Virus record (IMG/VR): IMGVR_UViG_3300037785_000110
Coordinates: 1 to 54,953 of that record
Reading direction: 5' to 3' (one strand)
DNA from: a virus
Lineage: Duplodnaviria > Caudoviricetes
DNA: 54,953 nt
Shown here: positions 1 to 9,004 of the stretch, piece by piece
Layout of the letters: the number at the start of each line of letters is the position of its first letter
Position numbering within the stretch: the first letter of the stretch is position 1
Translations under genes and position numbers: made by a program
The notes under the pieces: generated by a model
Seen by the model: the letters and a program-made list of their open reading frames with translations, nothing else
Told to the model about the DNA's origin: nothing
The model's database searches: none

Positions 1-1083
1 TCAGGACTTGCGATCCATGGCCTCGACGGCGCTGCGCATGTGGTCCGGGCTGTGGTGGCCATAGACGCGCTCGATCGTCTCGACGCTGGTCCCGAAGAAG
101 CCGGCCGCCGCCCACTTGTCGGCCCCGCGCTGCATCGCCCAGGTGATCGCGGTGTGTTTCAGGACGTGCGGCGTCACGCCAGAGAGGTCAATGTGGATCT
201 CCTGCTTCGCGGCCAGCTCGACGGCAAGTTCGACCGCCCTCGACCATCCCTTCCTGATGTCGCCCACCTTGGCGCCGGTGTAGTCCTCGACCACGAAGCG
301 CCGCCCGCGCGCCGCCTGGCGGCGTACGTGGGCCAGGTACTTGGCGGGGAGCCGGGCAGGGGTCTGCCGCTTCGCAGTCTGCCGCTTTCCGCCCGGCCGC
401 CGGTAGAGGATGCCATGAATGGTGTCGATGTGGCCCCCTGTCAGCGATGGGGTGTCGATGCGCAGGGCCAGAATCGTGGCCTTCCTGGACCCGGTGTAGA
501 GCCCGCAGAGGATGAAGTCGGCCAGGTGTCGCCCGTCCTTGCGAAGGGCCCGGGCCGCCCGCAACAGCCACGCCGCTTCCCGCCTGGTCAGCCAGCGCTC
601 GCGCGGCGGGTCTTTCGGGGGCATCGTGACCAGTGGCGCGGAGGTCAGGTATCCTGCCCGGTGGCAGTGGTTCAGCGCGGCCTGCAGGGTCCCGAGCTCA
701 CGCCGCACGGTGCCCGCCGCCCGGCCGCGAGCCGCCATGTAGCGGCGACAGGTCTCCGCCTTGACCGCAGACACGGGCAGGTCGGTCCAGAAGCGATCCA
801 GAGCCTCGACCGCGTAGATCAGCCGCTCGGGCGCGACGACGTGCGGGGCGTGTTCCTCAAGGTAGAGGGCAAGCGCCTGGCTGACGCTCAGGTGGCTCGG
901 TTCAGCCGGACCAGATGGCCGCCACTTCCGGGCGATGTACTCTGCAAGCTGCGCCTCAGCTTCCGGGCGGCTTGCAGTGCGGGTCGAGATGCGGACGCCG
1001 CCTGTGTCTCGGATTTCCCAGACCCCTTCTCCGTCGGCTCGGTCTCGCCAGTAGAGGCGGGGGCCTTTCGGTCGTGCCGGCAT
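1..1083 (-). CDS. int: Tyrosine recombinase (phage integrase)
   Basis: LYTGSRK (catalytic R), HVLKHT box and C-terminal RVYGHH (catalytic Y). Start placed at MPARPKGPRL. Confidence 0.93.
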   Translation of the reverse strand: MPARPKGPRLYWRDRADGEGVWEIRDTGGVRISTRTASRPEAEAQLAEYIARKWRPSGPAEPSHLSVSQALALYLEEHAPHVVAPERLIYAVEALDRFWTDLPVSAVKAETCRRYMAARGRAAGTVRRELGTLQAALNHCHRAGYLTSAPLVTMPPKDPPRERWLTRREAAWLLRAARALRKDGRHLADFILCGLYTGSRKATILALRIDTPSLTGGHIDTIHGILYRRPGGKRQTAKRQTPARLPAKYLAHVRRQAARGRRFVVEDYTGAKVGDIRKGWSRAVELAVELAAKQEIHIDLSGVTPHVLKHTAITWAMQRGADKWAAAGFFGTSVETIERVYGHHSPDHMRSAVEAMDRKS

Positions 1084-1238
1084 ATCTCGATCAGCCTTTC
1101 CAGATCCTCGGGGTGGATGCGGACCGAGCGCCCGCACCGCGTGACAAGGCCTTCCTGCTCGGCGCGCGCACGGAGCGCGGACCTGGGCAGGCCAGTCTGG
1201 TCAGCGGCCTGCGCAAAGGTCAACAGCTTCGGCGGCAT
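888..1238 (-). CDS. Excisionase-like HTH DNA-binding protein
   Basis: LLTFAQAADQTGLPRSALR...RIHPEDL resembles a Xis/MerR-like HTH. Lies upstream of and overlaps int. Confidence 0.7.
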   Translation of the reverse strand: MPPKLLTFAQAADQTGLPRSALRARAEQEGLVTRCGRSVRIHPEDLERLIEICRHDRKAPASTGETEPTEKGSGKSETQAASASRPALQAARKLRRSLQSTSPGSGGHLVRLNRAT

Positions 1239-1458
1239 CGCTCCCCTCCATCGCCCCGGCAAAGTCGCAGGACTCGAGCGCGTACTCGCGCTCCTGGTTG
1301 CCCCGGTCGTGGTCGATGCACACCAGCAGGTACTGGGGCCGCGGGTGCCACTTGTTCGAGCCGAACCGGATCAGCAGCGGGGTGATGTGCCGAACGTCGG
1401 TCTTGCCGGCGTAGTTCGTGTAGATCACGCGGATCGCGCGCGGATGATCGCGGGTCAT
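1201..1458 (-). CDS. Stand-alone WYL-domain protein
   Basis: IRVIYTNYAGKTDVRHITP...QYLLVCIDHDRGNQEREYAL matches the WYL pattern Y...G....R.I.P...Y/W-L.A.D..R...R.F. Confidence 0.75.
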   Translation of the reverse strand: MTRDHPRAIRVIYTNYAGKTDVRHITPLLIRFGSNKWHPRPQYLLVCIDHDRGNQEREYALESCDFAGAMEGSDAAEAVDLCAGR

Positions 1459-1640
1459 TTAATCGGGTCCTGAACGGTCGCGGTGATGTAGCCTCGGCTC
1501 GACTCGCGCGGGTCGGAACTCCCCTCGTTGGCGACGAGCGTGACGCCGTCTTCAAGCGCCTCCGGGCACCCAGCCAGAATCCAGTATGCAATGGCCATCT
1601 TGATCTCTTGCTCTTCGAGGTGGATCGTCGTTCTGGGCAT
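1455..1640 (-). CDS. Hypothetical protein
   Basis: AAGGAG RBS, ATGA coupling to the next gene. Confidence 0.7.
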   Translation of the reverse strand: MPRTTIHLEEQEIKMAIAYWILAGCPEALEDGVTLVANEGSSDPRESSRGYITATVQDPIK

Positions 1641-1641
1641 G

Positions 1642-2349
1642 TCATCTCTCCTTGATGGCGTGGTAGATCTTCACTAGCCCGCTCTCGGCATCGGCTAGGC
1701 GCTCCCAAGTTCCCACTTCGTACAGAACAGTGCTGGTGCGCGCTTGGGTCCACTCTTGCAGGGCCTCCAACGCCGGTCCCAGCTTGGCCTCCAAGGCATC
1801 CGCCCGTGCCCGCTGCTCGACCGCCTCGCGGTTTACGGCTGGCAGCAGTTCCGCGATCTGCGAGGCGTAGTCGTCCCGCTCGGCCTCAAGGGCTTCGATG
1901 TGGCGCAGTGCGGCGCGGCAAAGAATGTCCCCGTCACGGAGTGACACCGACAGAAGATCGGCCTTCACCCCGGCCAGTTCCTCAAGGTCGCGGTCTGAGC
2001 CGTCTTGCGGGTCAGGCATAGAGCCTTCTGCGCGCGTGATGCGGTCAATCTCGGCAATGATCAGCGCGCCCGCGCGGACCAAGTCCCTCCTGCGGGCGCT
2101 CAGATCGTCGTGTGCGCCAGCCGGTTTCCACCATTTCCGGTCCCACGTGATGGGCCAGAAATAGTGAACACATGCATCGCGCAACCGGGACGGGACGGCA
2201 TAGCAAGCCGCTGCAGCGCCAAGCTCGCCCCGGATGTGCTGATCGTCGTGTTCGGCTGACCAGCCCTCCTCAGTTACCTGCCGGATGCGCTCTTGCATCA
2301 CGTCATGCAGCCCTCGGCCGACGACAATTGTGACGGGCGGCCGACTCAT
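1642..2349 (-). CDS. Conserved phage protein (ERxRQ...EG...HDD...GELA / WP...WWKP / RRDLVRAGALIIAEIDR family) with coiled-coil tail
   Basis: Motif set recognised from many phage early-region proteins. Function unknown. Confidence 0.75.
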   Translation of the reverse strand: MSRPPVTIVVGRGLHDVMQERIRQVTEEGWSAEHDDQHIRGELGAAAACYAVPSRLRDACVHYFWPITWDRKWWKPAGAHDDLSARRRDLVRAGALIIAEIDRITRAEGSMPDPQDGSDRDLEELAGVKADLLSVSLRDGDILCRAALRHIEALEAERDDYASQIAELLPAVNREAVEQRARADALEAKLGPALEALQEWTQARTSTVLYEVGTWERLADAESGLVKIYHAIKER

Positions 2350-2903
2350 TTTAAGGCCTCCGACTGACGGCGGGCAAAATCAGCTTCCAGAGCGTCGCAG
2401 AAGCGTTTCAACTGTGCGGCGTTGGTCTTGCCCGCCTGCCAGTGCGCCTCGGCTTTTGCCACATTGCCAATGTCGTGCAGCAGGACGCCGCCCTCGTAGC
2501 TGGCCATGAAGAAGCAGTGGCCTCGGTCGCCACCGGGCATCCGCACCTCGCCGATCATGCGATACTGCGGCTTCATCTGGCGGAACTCTTCCATGACACG
2601 CATGAACCGTTCCTCGACGGTCAGCGCGTCCATGACTTTCCGGTCTTCCTCGATGGCAGCGAGCGCCTTTTCGATGTTCGCCACGGCGTCTTCATGGCTG
2701 AACCGGCTGCCGTCCTTCTTCGTCGTGTAGCCGGTGAGCTGCTTGTAGCCGTCGAGCCAGAACACGCGGTCGTGGCCGTTGCGGCGACCGGGGCCAAGGG
2801 TGATGCGGACGCCAAGAGCCTCGGCGCGCTCGACAAACTCGGGGAAGTCCTGCCGGAAGGACCGGCAAATCGGGTCGGTGGTTTTTTTCGTGTTCATGGT
2901 CAT
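2346..2903 (-). CDS. Hypothetical protein
   Basis: 4-nt overlaps with both neighbours, normal amino-acid composition. Confidence 0.75.
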   Translation of the reverse strand: MTMNTKKTTDPICRSFRQDFPEFVERAEALGVRITLGPGRRNGHDRVFWLDGYKQLTGYTTKKDGSRFSHEDAVANIEKALAAIEEDRKVMDALTVEERFMRVMEEFRQMKPQYRMIGEVRMPGGDRGHCFFMASYEGGVLLHDIGNVAKAEAHWQAGKTNAAQLKRFCDALEADFARRQSEALK

Positions 2904-3466
2904 GCGTCGCCCTCGGCGGCATCGCCCGCGTCGAAGGCCTTCGCGGCCCGGTCCAGAACGCCATAGGCCTCGGGCAGGTCATCGGGGCGCGTGGCCTTGA
3001 TCCAGTCCAGCAGAGCCTTGGTCTGCGTGTTGCAGCGGTCTACCGTCACGTGGGCGAGGGCCGCCTTTGCCCTGGCCTTCGTGATCGCTTTGTTCAGGTC
3101 GTCGCGGACGTTCTCGATCTTCTCCGCATGCTTGGCCTTCAACTGCTCGATGGCATCGACCTGACCGCCGTGGGCCGCGCTGGTCAGCGCCGACCGCCAC
3201 AGCTTGATGGCCGAGAACTGGCGCTTCTTGTGCTGGACCGCCCGGGTCGCCCGGGCCATCCACGTCGGGTCGGCCGAACACCGATCCGTGTCTCCATCAA
3301 CCTCAAGCTGGATCTCGTTCTCGATGTCGCTGATCTCGCTGCTCAGGAGAGCCATGGCCTCGGTGCATTCGCGCCGCGTCTGCGGCATCTCTTCCAGGGT
3401 CATCCCGGAGCGCTTCATCAGGCCACGAAGGCCCTTGCTGATCTGCAGCATGTTGCTCATGTCCAT
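2900..3466 (-). CDS. Hypothetical coiled-coil protein
   Basis: Start MDMSNML with AAGGGG RBS. The longer ORF-track start is an artefact. Confidence 0.7.
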   Translation of the reverse strand: MDMSNMLQISKGLRGLMKRSGMTLEEMPQTRRECTEAMALLSSEISDIENEIQLEVDGDTDRCSADPTWMARATRAVQHKKRQFSAIKLWRSALTSAAHGGQVDAIEQLKAKHAEKIENVRDDLNKAITKARAKAALAHVTVDRCNTQTKALLDWIKATRPDDLPEAYGVLDRAAKAFDAGDAAEGDA

Positions 3467-3477
3467 CTTGGTTCCCC

Positions 3478-3747
3478 TTACGGTTTCAGCTTGCCGCTGG
3501 TCAGCTTCATCGCCCTGATGTCGTAGGCGACCTCGTAGCGCTCCGCCCTGATCTGCCGGGAAATCTCTGCGATCGACCGCAGCCCGTGTGACCACAGGTC
3601 CCTCACCTTGGCCCGGCGCTCCCGTGCCTGTGGCGTCAGGGCCCGCCCCGGCTTTTCGTTGATCGGCAGCTGCGGTCGATGACCCTCCTTGAAGGCGGCG
3701 GCCATCATCGCTGCGCCCAGCTCTTCTTCGCTGATCCGCTTGTTCAT
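3478..3747 (-). CDS. Small HTH DNA-binding protein
   Basis: RRAKVRDLWSHGLRSIAEISRQI...VAYDI is HTH-like. Confidence 0.6.
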   Translation of the reverse strand: MNKRISEEELGAAMMAAAFKEGHRPQLPINEKPGRALTPQARERRAKVRDLWSHGLRSIAEISRQIRAERYEVAYDIRAMKLTSGKLKP

Positions 3748-3998
3748 GTGCTTCTCGCTCTCTTGGCCGCGTTGTGGCGGGCAAAGGCCCGGTCCCGCTC
3801 CGGCCAGTAATGCAGGGCCGCCTGGGCGGCATGGTGTTCGATGATCTCGCTGACGGGGCGCGCGATCCGACCCGACCCTCCACAGGCATTGCAGGGTGCC
3901 TCAAGGCGGCCGGGAGCAATCTCGCGCCCGGACACCTCGCGGCGCAGCTCGCACGCCGGGCAGGTCCAGCCATTGCCGTGGAGGGTCGGATCGGCCAT
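3744..3998 (-). CDS. Small zinc-finger protein
   Basis: CPAC...CNACGGSG, a DnaJ-like CxxCxGxG motif. Confidence 0.65.
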   Translation of the reverse strand: MADPTLHGNGWTCPACELRREVSGREIAPGRLEAPCNACGGSGRIARPVSEIIEHHAAQAALHYWPERDRAFARHNAAKRARST

Positions 3999-4002
3999 GG
4001 GC

Positions 4003-4947
4003 TCAGTCGTCCGACTGCTCGCGCTTCTTGGCCTCGACCATGACGTCCTGATAAATGTCGGGCGTCAGCTCCTTCATTTCCTCAAGGTTGGTCTTGTAGA
4101 AGTCGAGCACGAGGCTGGGCTGTGACGTCTCGGACAGATCGGCCATGATCGCGTTGGCCAGGTTCCGCATCCGCGCGATGTCGGCTTCGCTCGGGCCAAC
4201 CGGGGCCGCGGCATCCTTGGGCACCTCGCCGTCTTCGGTCACCTCGCCTTCGTCCGCTTCGCTGTCTTCCGGCTCCGGCTTGGGATCGGCCACCTCTGCG
4301 TCAGGGACCGGCTTCGGCTTCTGGGCCGGGGCCGCCTTCGCCGCCTTCGGGCGCTCGGCCGGCGGAGTGATGTCGCGGATCTCTTCGGCAGCGAGTTCGA
4401 CCTCGACCTGCATCGGAATGCCGATCATCACCTCGGGGCAGTACATGCGGATCAGGAACGCCGCCGACCGATACCGCAGCATCACCTCGGGCATGGACTT
4501 GTACTTGGGGTTTTTCGTCCAGCCTTCGGCCCGGGCCATTTCCATGTCGCAGGTCATCTGCACCCGCGCCCCGGTCTTGGCCATCACGGCAAAGGCCGTC
4601 ACGCTGAGGTCGTCACCCTCGCCGGTGATCTCCCAGCCGATCTGGTCCTGAAACACCCCGTGCTGGTTCGCCTTGGCGATCATGTACTGGGTGGAAAAGG
4701 ACGGCTTGCCGCCCACGAAGTAGATGTTCTGCGCGACGGTCAGCGGGTCCTCCCGCAGGCGCACCGCCATGTTCATCACCAGCGCGCCATTCGCGGCCGC
4801 CTGTTCGGGCGAGCCTTTGCGCAGGTGCTCGGGGAACAAGGCGGAATGCGCCAGCATCTTCCCGACGCGATAAAGCTGATCGAAAGAGCTGGGTTCCATG
4901 AGGGCCGCTGCGGGGTCGTAGGCAACGGGAACGGTCTTGTCAGACAT
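4003..4947 (-). CDS. RecT/Red-beta-like ssDNA annealing recombinase
   Basis: DPLTVAQNIYFVGGKP...MARAEGW..NPKYKSMPEVMLRYRSAAFLIRMYCPEV, acidic disordered C-terminus, AAGGA RBS. Confidence 0.75.
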   Translation of the reverse strand: MSDKTVPVAYDPAAALMEPSSFDQLYRVGKMLAHSALFPEHLRKGSPEQAAANGALVMNMAVRLREDPLTVAQNIYFVGGKPSFSTQYMIAKANQHGVFQDQIGWEITGEGDDLSVTAFAVMAKTGARVQMTCDMEMARAEGWTKNPKYKSMPEVMLRYRSAAFLIRMYCPEVMIGIPMQVEVELAAEEIRDITPPAERPKAAKAAPAQKPKPVPDAEVADPKPEPEDSEADEGEVTEDGEVPKDAAAPVGPSEADIARMRNLANAIMADLSETSQPSLVLDFYKTNLEEMKELTPDIYQDVMVEAKKREQSDD

Positions 4948-5200
4948 CAGCAGATTCCTTGCGATGGTGTGGATGGTTCGGGTTGGGGATCGCGCGGTAG
5001 AGACGGCCCGCGCTGAGGTAGGCCTGCACCATGCTGAACCTCCATGAGGCGGCCCAACCTGGATGGACGCGAGCACCCTCGTTCTGGCCAGGGGTCCCGT
5101 GCCACCATTCGATGACGTAGTGGCCCGCCGCGATCTCGTCCGCGAACTCCTGCATCGTCGTGATGCGCGGGCCGGTGAGGTATTTCAGGGGCCGGGCCAT
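4940..5200 (-). CDS. Hypothetical protein
   Basis: MARPLKYL..., TGATG coupling with the upstream gene. Confidence 0.65.
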   Translation of the reverse strand: MARPLKYLTGPRITTMQEFADEIAAGHYVIEWWHGTPGQNEGARVHPGWAASWRFSMVQAYLSAGRLYRAIPNPNHPHHRKESADV

Positions 5201-5931
5201 CAGGCCGCGACCCTCTTCTCCGTCACGAGAATGCCGGGGATCGCGGTGTGATCGACCTTGCTCGACCGCACGTCGGCCTCTGCCAGGCGCTGCAGGGCCG
5301 CGCGCACCTCTGGGGCGTCCTGGTAGTGCATGAACAGGAGCCGGACGTTGGTGATCTCCACCTGACGGATCGTGCGCAGCGCCACCGTGCGCCCGGCGCC
5401 GGATGCCGACTTGACGTTGGCGCTCTCCTTGCGCTTCGCTTCGCGCGCGGCCTCGTCGGCCGCTGCGCGGGCCGCCTCCGCCTCGAACTCGGCTTGCAGG
5501 TTGTTGGCCGCCTGCGCCTCGCGTTCCAGCCGCTCGGCTTCCTCGCGCGCCCGGCGGGCCTCTTCCTCGCGCGCCTTCCGGGCTTCTTCCTCGCGGCGCG
5601 CCTTTTCCTGCAGCCAAGGTTCCAGCTTCTTCTTGAGGCGCTCAGCGCAGACCTCGAGCTTTTTCTTGATGTCGCCGAAGTCCTTGTCGATCTTCCGCCC
5701 GGCTTCGAGATGCGGCTCCTTTGCCGTCGTGCGGGCCGTCTCGGCCTTCTTGTAGAGCCCGCGCAGCCCGCTGATCTGATCGGCCAGCGTCTGAGCGGTG
5801 GCCTCGTCGGCAATGGCCTCGAGGTCCAGCCACTGCTGGCTCGCCTTGATGAACTCGTCCGACGCCCGGACCAGGTCGGCAAAGACGTCGGGGTCATACG
5901 GGGGCGGGTTGTTGTGGCCCTGGTTGGTCAT
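5200..5931 (-). CDS. Coiled-coil phage protein with N-terminal GHNNPP motif
   Basis: GGAG RBS, long charged helix, located near the recombinase. Confidence 0.8.
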   Translation of the reverse strand: MTNQGHNNPPPYDPDVFADLVRASDEFIKASQQWLDLEAIADEATAQTLADQISGLRGLYKKAETARTTAKEPHLEAGRKIDKDFGDIKKKLEVCAERLKKKLEPWLQEKARREEEARKAREEEARRAREEAERLEREAQAANNLQAEFEAEAARAAADEAAREAKRKESANVKSASGAGRTVALRTIRQVEITNVRLLFMHYQDAPEVRAALQRLAEADVRSSKVDHTAIPGILVTEKRVAA

Positions 5932-5932
5932 G

Positions 5933-6328
5933 TCAGATCACTCCTGGAGGAAGGGTTGGGGAAGCGGAAAGGTCGATGCGCGCGCCGCTGTCGAAGTAGC
6001 GGTGGTCTCGCAGGCGCATGTCTGTCAGGCGGTCGAACTCTGCCTTGGTGATGGGGGTAAGCCATGAGAAGACCTCGCCCGGATCGGTCTCCTGGCGCAG
6101 GCCTTCCATCTCCCAGCGCAGCACCTCGGGTGCCGTCAGTTCTCCGGTGTCGGGGTCGATCTCGCGCTCGACGAAAATCCTGACCGGGACCCACGGGCCA
6201 CCGCGGACCAGGCGACGCTTGTAGAACCCGGCTTCGGCGATCCCGTCATGGCGGACTGCCGGCCGCCCGGCGACGGCAGCTTCCCACCAGCCGAAGAGCT
6301 GGCGGTATGTGGAAGGAGACCGGATCAT
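5933..6328 (-). CDS. Conserved hypothetical phage protein
   Basis: GFYKRRLVRGGPWVPVRIF motif, coupled to neighbours. Confidence 0.75.
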   Translation of the reverse strand: MIRSPSTYRQLFGWWEAAVAGRPAVRHDGIAEAGFYKRRLVRGGPWVPVRIFVEREIDPDTGELTAPEVLRWEMEGLRQETDPGEVFSWLTPITKAEFDRLTDMRLRDHRYFDSGARIDLSASPTLPPGVI

Positions 6329-6555
6329 TCCGCCGCCTCGCTTGCAGCCTTCTTCGCCGCCCGCTTCGGCCCCAGCCTGATCTTCTCGGCTTCCTTCTCC
6401 CGCCAGCGCTGAGCCTTCTGTGCCGCCTTGAACGCGGTCTGCTCACGCCAGACAAAGCCGAGGCCCTCGATCATCGCCAGAAACGGATCGCCAGGCGTCA
6501 TCGGCGAGAACGTCTGGATGCGACGGGACAGTAGGTTGCTGGGATCACGCATCAC
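6325..6555 (-). CDS. Hypothetical protein
   Basis: Overlaps both neighbours within the operon. Confidence 0.6.
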   Translation of the reverse strand: MMRDPSNLLSRRIQTFSPMTPGDPFLAMIEGLGFVWREQTAFKAAQKAQRWREKEAEKIRLGPKRAAKKAASEAAE

Positions 6556-7639
6556 GCGCCCCCGTCATCTGGTTCCACTCGCGCCCGTCCAGCAGGCGAC
6601 CGGCGGCCTTCTTGCCGACGCGGTAGATTATGTCCTTTCCATCGGGGCTGCCCCAATGGGGGTAGCTCTTGATGCGCTGGTCGGCCTCCTGCGGCGACAC
6701 TCCCCACGATTGCGCCCGCTCGGTGCCAAAAACGTGTTCCCCCATCTGCTTGAAGAAGAACGGGACGCCCGCCTCGACACACTGATCGCGCAGGGACCGC
6801 GCCCAGTTGGGGTTCATCGCGCGCGCGCCGCGACCGCTTTCACCGCCGACGATCAGCCAATCGAGACAGGGCAGCCAGATGCCCGGACAATCGGGACCGC
6901 CACCGGGGCAACCGCGGCAAGCGTCCTCGCCGGTCTCCGGACAATGATCGAGGCCGCCACTTAGGAACGGCGCGAGCTTAACCGGCCCCAGCAGCGGCTC
7001 GGCGCTGACGAACCGCACCGCCGCCGGGGTCGCCAGCAGGTGCGGGATGCGTTCGTCGGCGGTGGCCTGATCCTCGACCGACACCCCGAGCCAGACGTTG
7101 GGGAGGGGCCAGTCTGCGGCTGTGATCGCTCGGGCGACCGCACTGTCCCAGGCGGTCGGACCGTTCCCGTCCCACGCCCGAAACGCCGTCGCGATGCGCT
7201 CGGCCGCGTCGGACATGCGATAAGCTCGCACCCCGCCGTGCCCGCCTCCCAGCATGTATTCGCGCATCCGTTCCGGCCGCTTCGTCAGCACCTGAAACGT
7301 GTGCCGCGGCGCCAGCGCCATGACGGCGAACACCCGGTCGATCCATTCATCCGGCACTGCTTCGTGAAACAGGTCGCCATGCGCGCAGACGAAGATCATG
7401 CGCCTGCGCTTCCAGCGCAGGGGCTGGTCCAGCCATTGTTCGTTAAGGCGTACCTCGCCCGTCCAGACAGCGCGACCGCCCGTGATCCGGGTCAGCCCCT
7501 CGCGGCTGGGGTGGTTGCGCAGGCGCGTTGCGGCCAACCCCATGGCGTAGCAGTTGGTGCATCCCGCGCTGACCATCGTGCAGCCCGTGATCGGGTTCCA
7601 GGTCGCGTCGGTCCACTCGATGTTGCTGTTCTCAGCCAT
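6545..7639 (-). CDS. DUF5131 / phage Gp37-Gp68 family protein (radical-SAM-like)
   Basis: IEWTDATWNPITGC..VSAGCTNCYA, DLFHE, HTFQVLTKRP, NVWLGVSVEDQ, SAEPLLG, VGGESG, FFFKQ, GRLLDG. Confidence 0.92.
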   Translation of the reverse strand: MAENSNIEWTDATWNPITGCTMVSAGCTNCYAMGLAATRLRNHPSREGLTRITGGRAVWTGEVRLNEQWLDQPLRWKRRRMIFVCAHGDLFHEAVPDEWIDRVFAVMALAPRHTFQVLTKRPERMREYMLGGGHGGVRAYRMSDAAERIATAFRAWDGNGPTAWDSAVARAITAADWPLPNVWLGVSVEDQATADERIPHLLATPAAVRFVSAEPLLGPVKLAPFLSGGLDHCPETGEDACRGCPGGGPDCPGIWLPCLDWLIVGGESGRGARAMNPNWARSLRDQCVEAGVPFFFKQMGEHVFGTERAQSWGVSPQEADQRIKSYPHWGSPDGKDIIYRVGKKAAGRLLDGREWNQMTGARDA

Positions 7640-7803
7640 CACCGCCACCCCACCGGAGTCCACCAGCCGGTCAGCATCGCCGTGATCTGGAACACCAGCG
7701 ACCAGAACGCCGCGACGAACAGGAGCGCGACGGCCCGGTTGATCCAGCGATCCACCGCTTCGCCCGCGCGCCGCTTGTTCTCGGCCCGCGCGAGGTGGGT
7801 CAT
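7639..7803 (-). CDS. Small membrane protein
   Basis: Hydrophobic AVALLFVAAFWSLVFQITAML, TGATG coupling. Confidence 0.55.
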   Translation of the reverse strand: MTHLARAENKRRAGEAVDRWINRAVALLFVAAFWSLVFQITAMLTGWWTPVGWR

Positions 7804-7813
7804 TGGGATAGCG

Positions 7814-7849
7814 CCCCGGTCGCGCTGGGAGGAGGTCGCGCGACCGGGG
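7814..7849 (-). ncRNA. Hairpin with CCUCCUCCC loop (cuckoo/CcsR-like module)
   Basis: Perfect 12-bp stem (7814-7825 / 7838-7849). Minus-strand loop GACCTCCTCCCA. Confidence 0.5.
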
Positions 7850-7904
7850 GCCTCACGCCGCGTCTCGTGCTGGACGGCGGAGCTCGATGTCTCAGGGAGC
7901 GGGG

Positions 7905-8075
7905 TCACTGGGCAGACCCCACGAACATGCGGGCGCGCTTGCTGTCGCGGGACGCCATGTGTCGCAGCATTTCGTGCAGGCGCTTGGCCGCGTCGTCGTC
8001 CATGGCGAAGATCAAGCCGAGGGCCTTTTCCTCAATCGGGCGCGCGTCGGCGCGGTGTTCGGGCAATCGCTTCAC
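7905..8075 (-). CDS. Hypothetical protein
   Basis: GGAGG RBS before GTG, MKRLPEHRADARPIEEK... Confidence 0.6.
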   Translation of the reverse strand: MKRLPEHRADARPIEEKALGLIFAMDDDAAKRLHEMLRHMASRDSKRARMFVGSAQ

Positions 8076-8100
8076 GGGGGTGTCCTCCAATGGCGCGGGG

Positions 8101-8496
8101 TTACTCGGTGGCGGGGCGGGGAAGCTGGTCGAGGTCCAGCACCAACTTGTCGCCGTCGCGGCCCAAGGTGACGTTCGTGGTCCCGTAGGGGATGCGATGG
8201 GCAAGGTGCTTCGGGATGTTGATCTTGAGAGATCGGCTGGCCTTCGCTCCGTTCTTGGAGATCACCTTGAATTTGCCGCCGGGGTGCATGTGGAACCCGA
8301 TGAAGCGATCCCCGCTGAGGAACACATCCACCTTGTCGGCACGCCGCATGTCCTCGGGCAAAATGAGCGAGGCATTCCGGCCCTGCGTGCGCCCACGGCG
8401 AACGGCTGGTGTGTCCCGCGCACGCCGACCCGCAACGCCGCCCTGGCTGGGGATGTATTTTTCCCACGCGATGCCTGTCTTCGTTGATGCAGTCAC
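8101..8496 (-). CDS. Hypothetical basic protein
   Basis: GTGA coupling, 131 aa. Confidence 0.7.
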   Translation of the reverse strand: MTASTKTGIAWEKYIPSQGGVAGRRARDTPAVRRGRTQGRNASLILPEDMRRADKVDVFLSGDRFIGFHMHPGGKFKVISKNGAKASRSLKINIPKHLAHRIPYGTTNVTLGRDGDKLVLDLDQLPRPATE

Positions 8497-8771
8497 GGCC
8501 GGTGCCCCTTGAACAGCCGGGGCTTGCGCGTTGCGATCACGCGCCCGTCGTTGTCGTAGGCACTGGCAAAGCGCAGGCGGCGCGAGATGTGCGGGCGCGG
8601 CGGCGTCCCCCTGTAGGCGTGCGGGGCCTTGTAGTCGCGCCCATACTCGCGGGTCTGCTCGGCCGCGATCACCAGATCAGCATCCGGGTGGTCCACCATC
8701 CCGACAAAGCTGGCGAGCAGGCGTTGCGCCGTCTCAGCGGCACGGTGTTTCTTCAACAGGGTCAGGGTCAT
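8493..8771 (-). CDS. Hypothetical protein
   Basis: ATGA coupling. Confidence 0.65.
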   Translation of the reverse strand: MTLTLLKKHRAAETAQRLLASFVGMVDHPDADLVIAAEQTREYGRDYKAPHAYRGTPPRPHISRRLRFASAYDNDGRVIATRKPRLFKGHRP

Positions 8772-9004
8772 GTGTCGGCCTCGATGTCGGTTTCGTCGGC
8801 CAGCGCGAGGATCGCGCTGACAAGATCGGGGGGGAGGGATTGGGGATCAACTTCGACGCCAAGGATGGTCAGCGCCTCGATCTTGATGTCGTCCCACTGA
8901 ACCCAGCGGGGCGAGCCCGGCACAATGTAGTCGGTCGGCTCTCCGGTCGCGCTGAACGTGACCTCGACCGCCCCGGTCTCGTAGATGCCGGTGCCGCGCA
9001 TCAT
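8768..9004 (-). CDS. Hypothetical acidic protein
   Basis: GAGG RBS, ATGA overlap with the 9001-9177 ORF. Confidence 0.7.
   Translation of the reverse strand: MMRGTGIYETGAVEVTFSATGEPTDYIVPGSPRWVQWDDIKIEALTILGVEVDPQSLPPDLVSAILALADETDIEADT

Noticed and set aside
40-1473. 477-aa plus-strand ORF over int
   Set aside because: Antisense shadow of the integrase and upstream genes.
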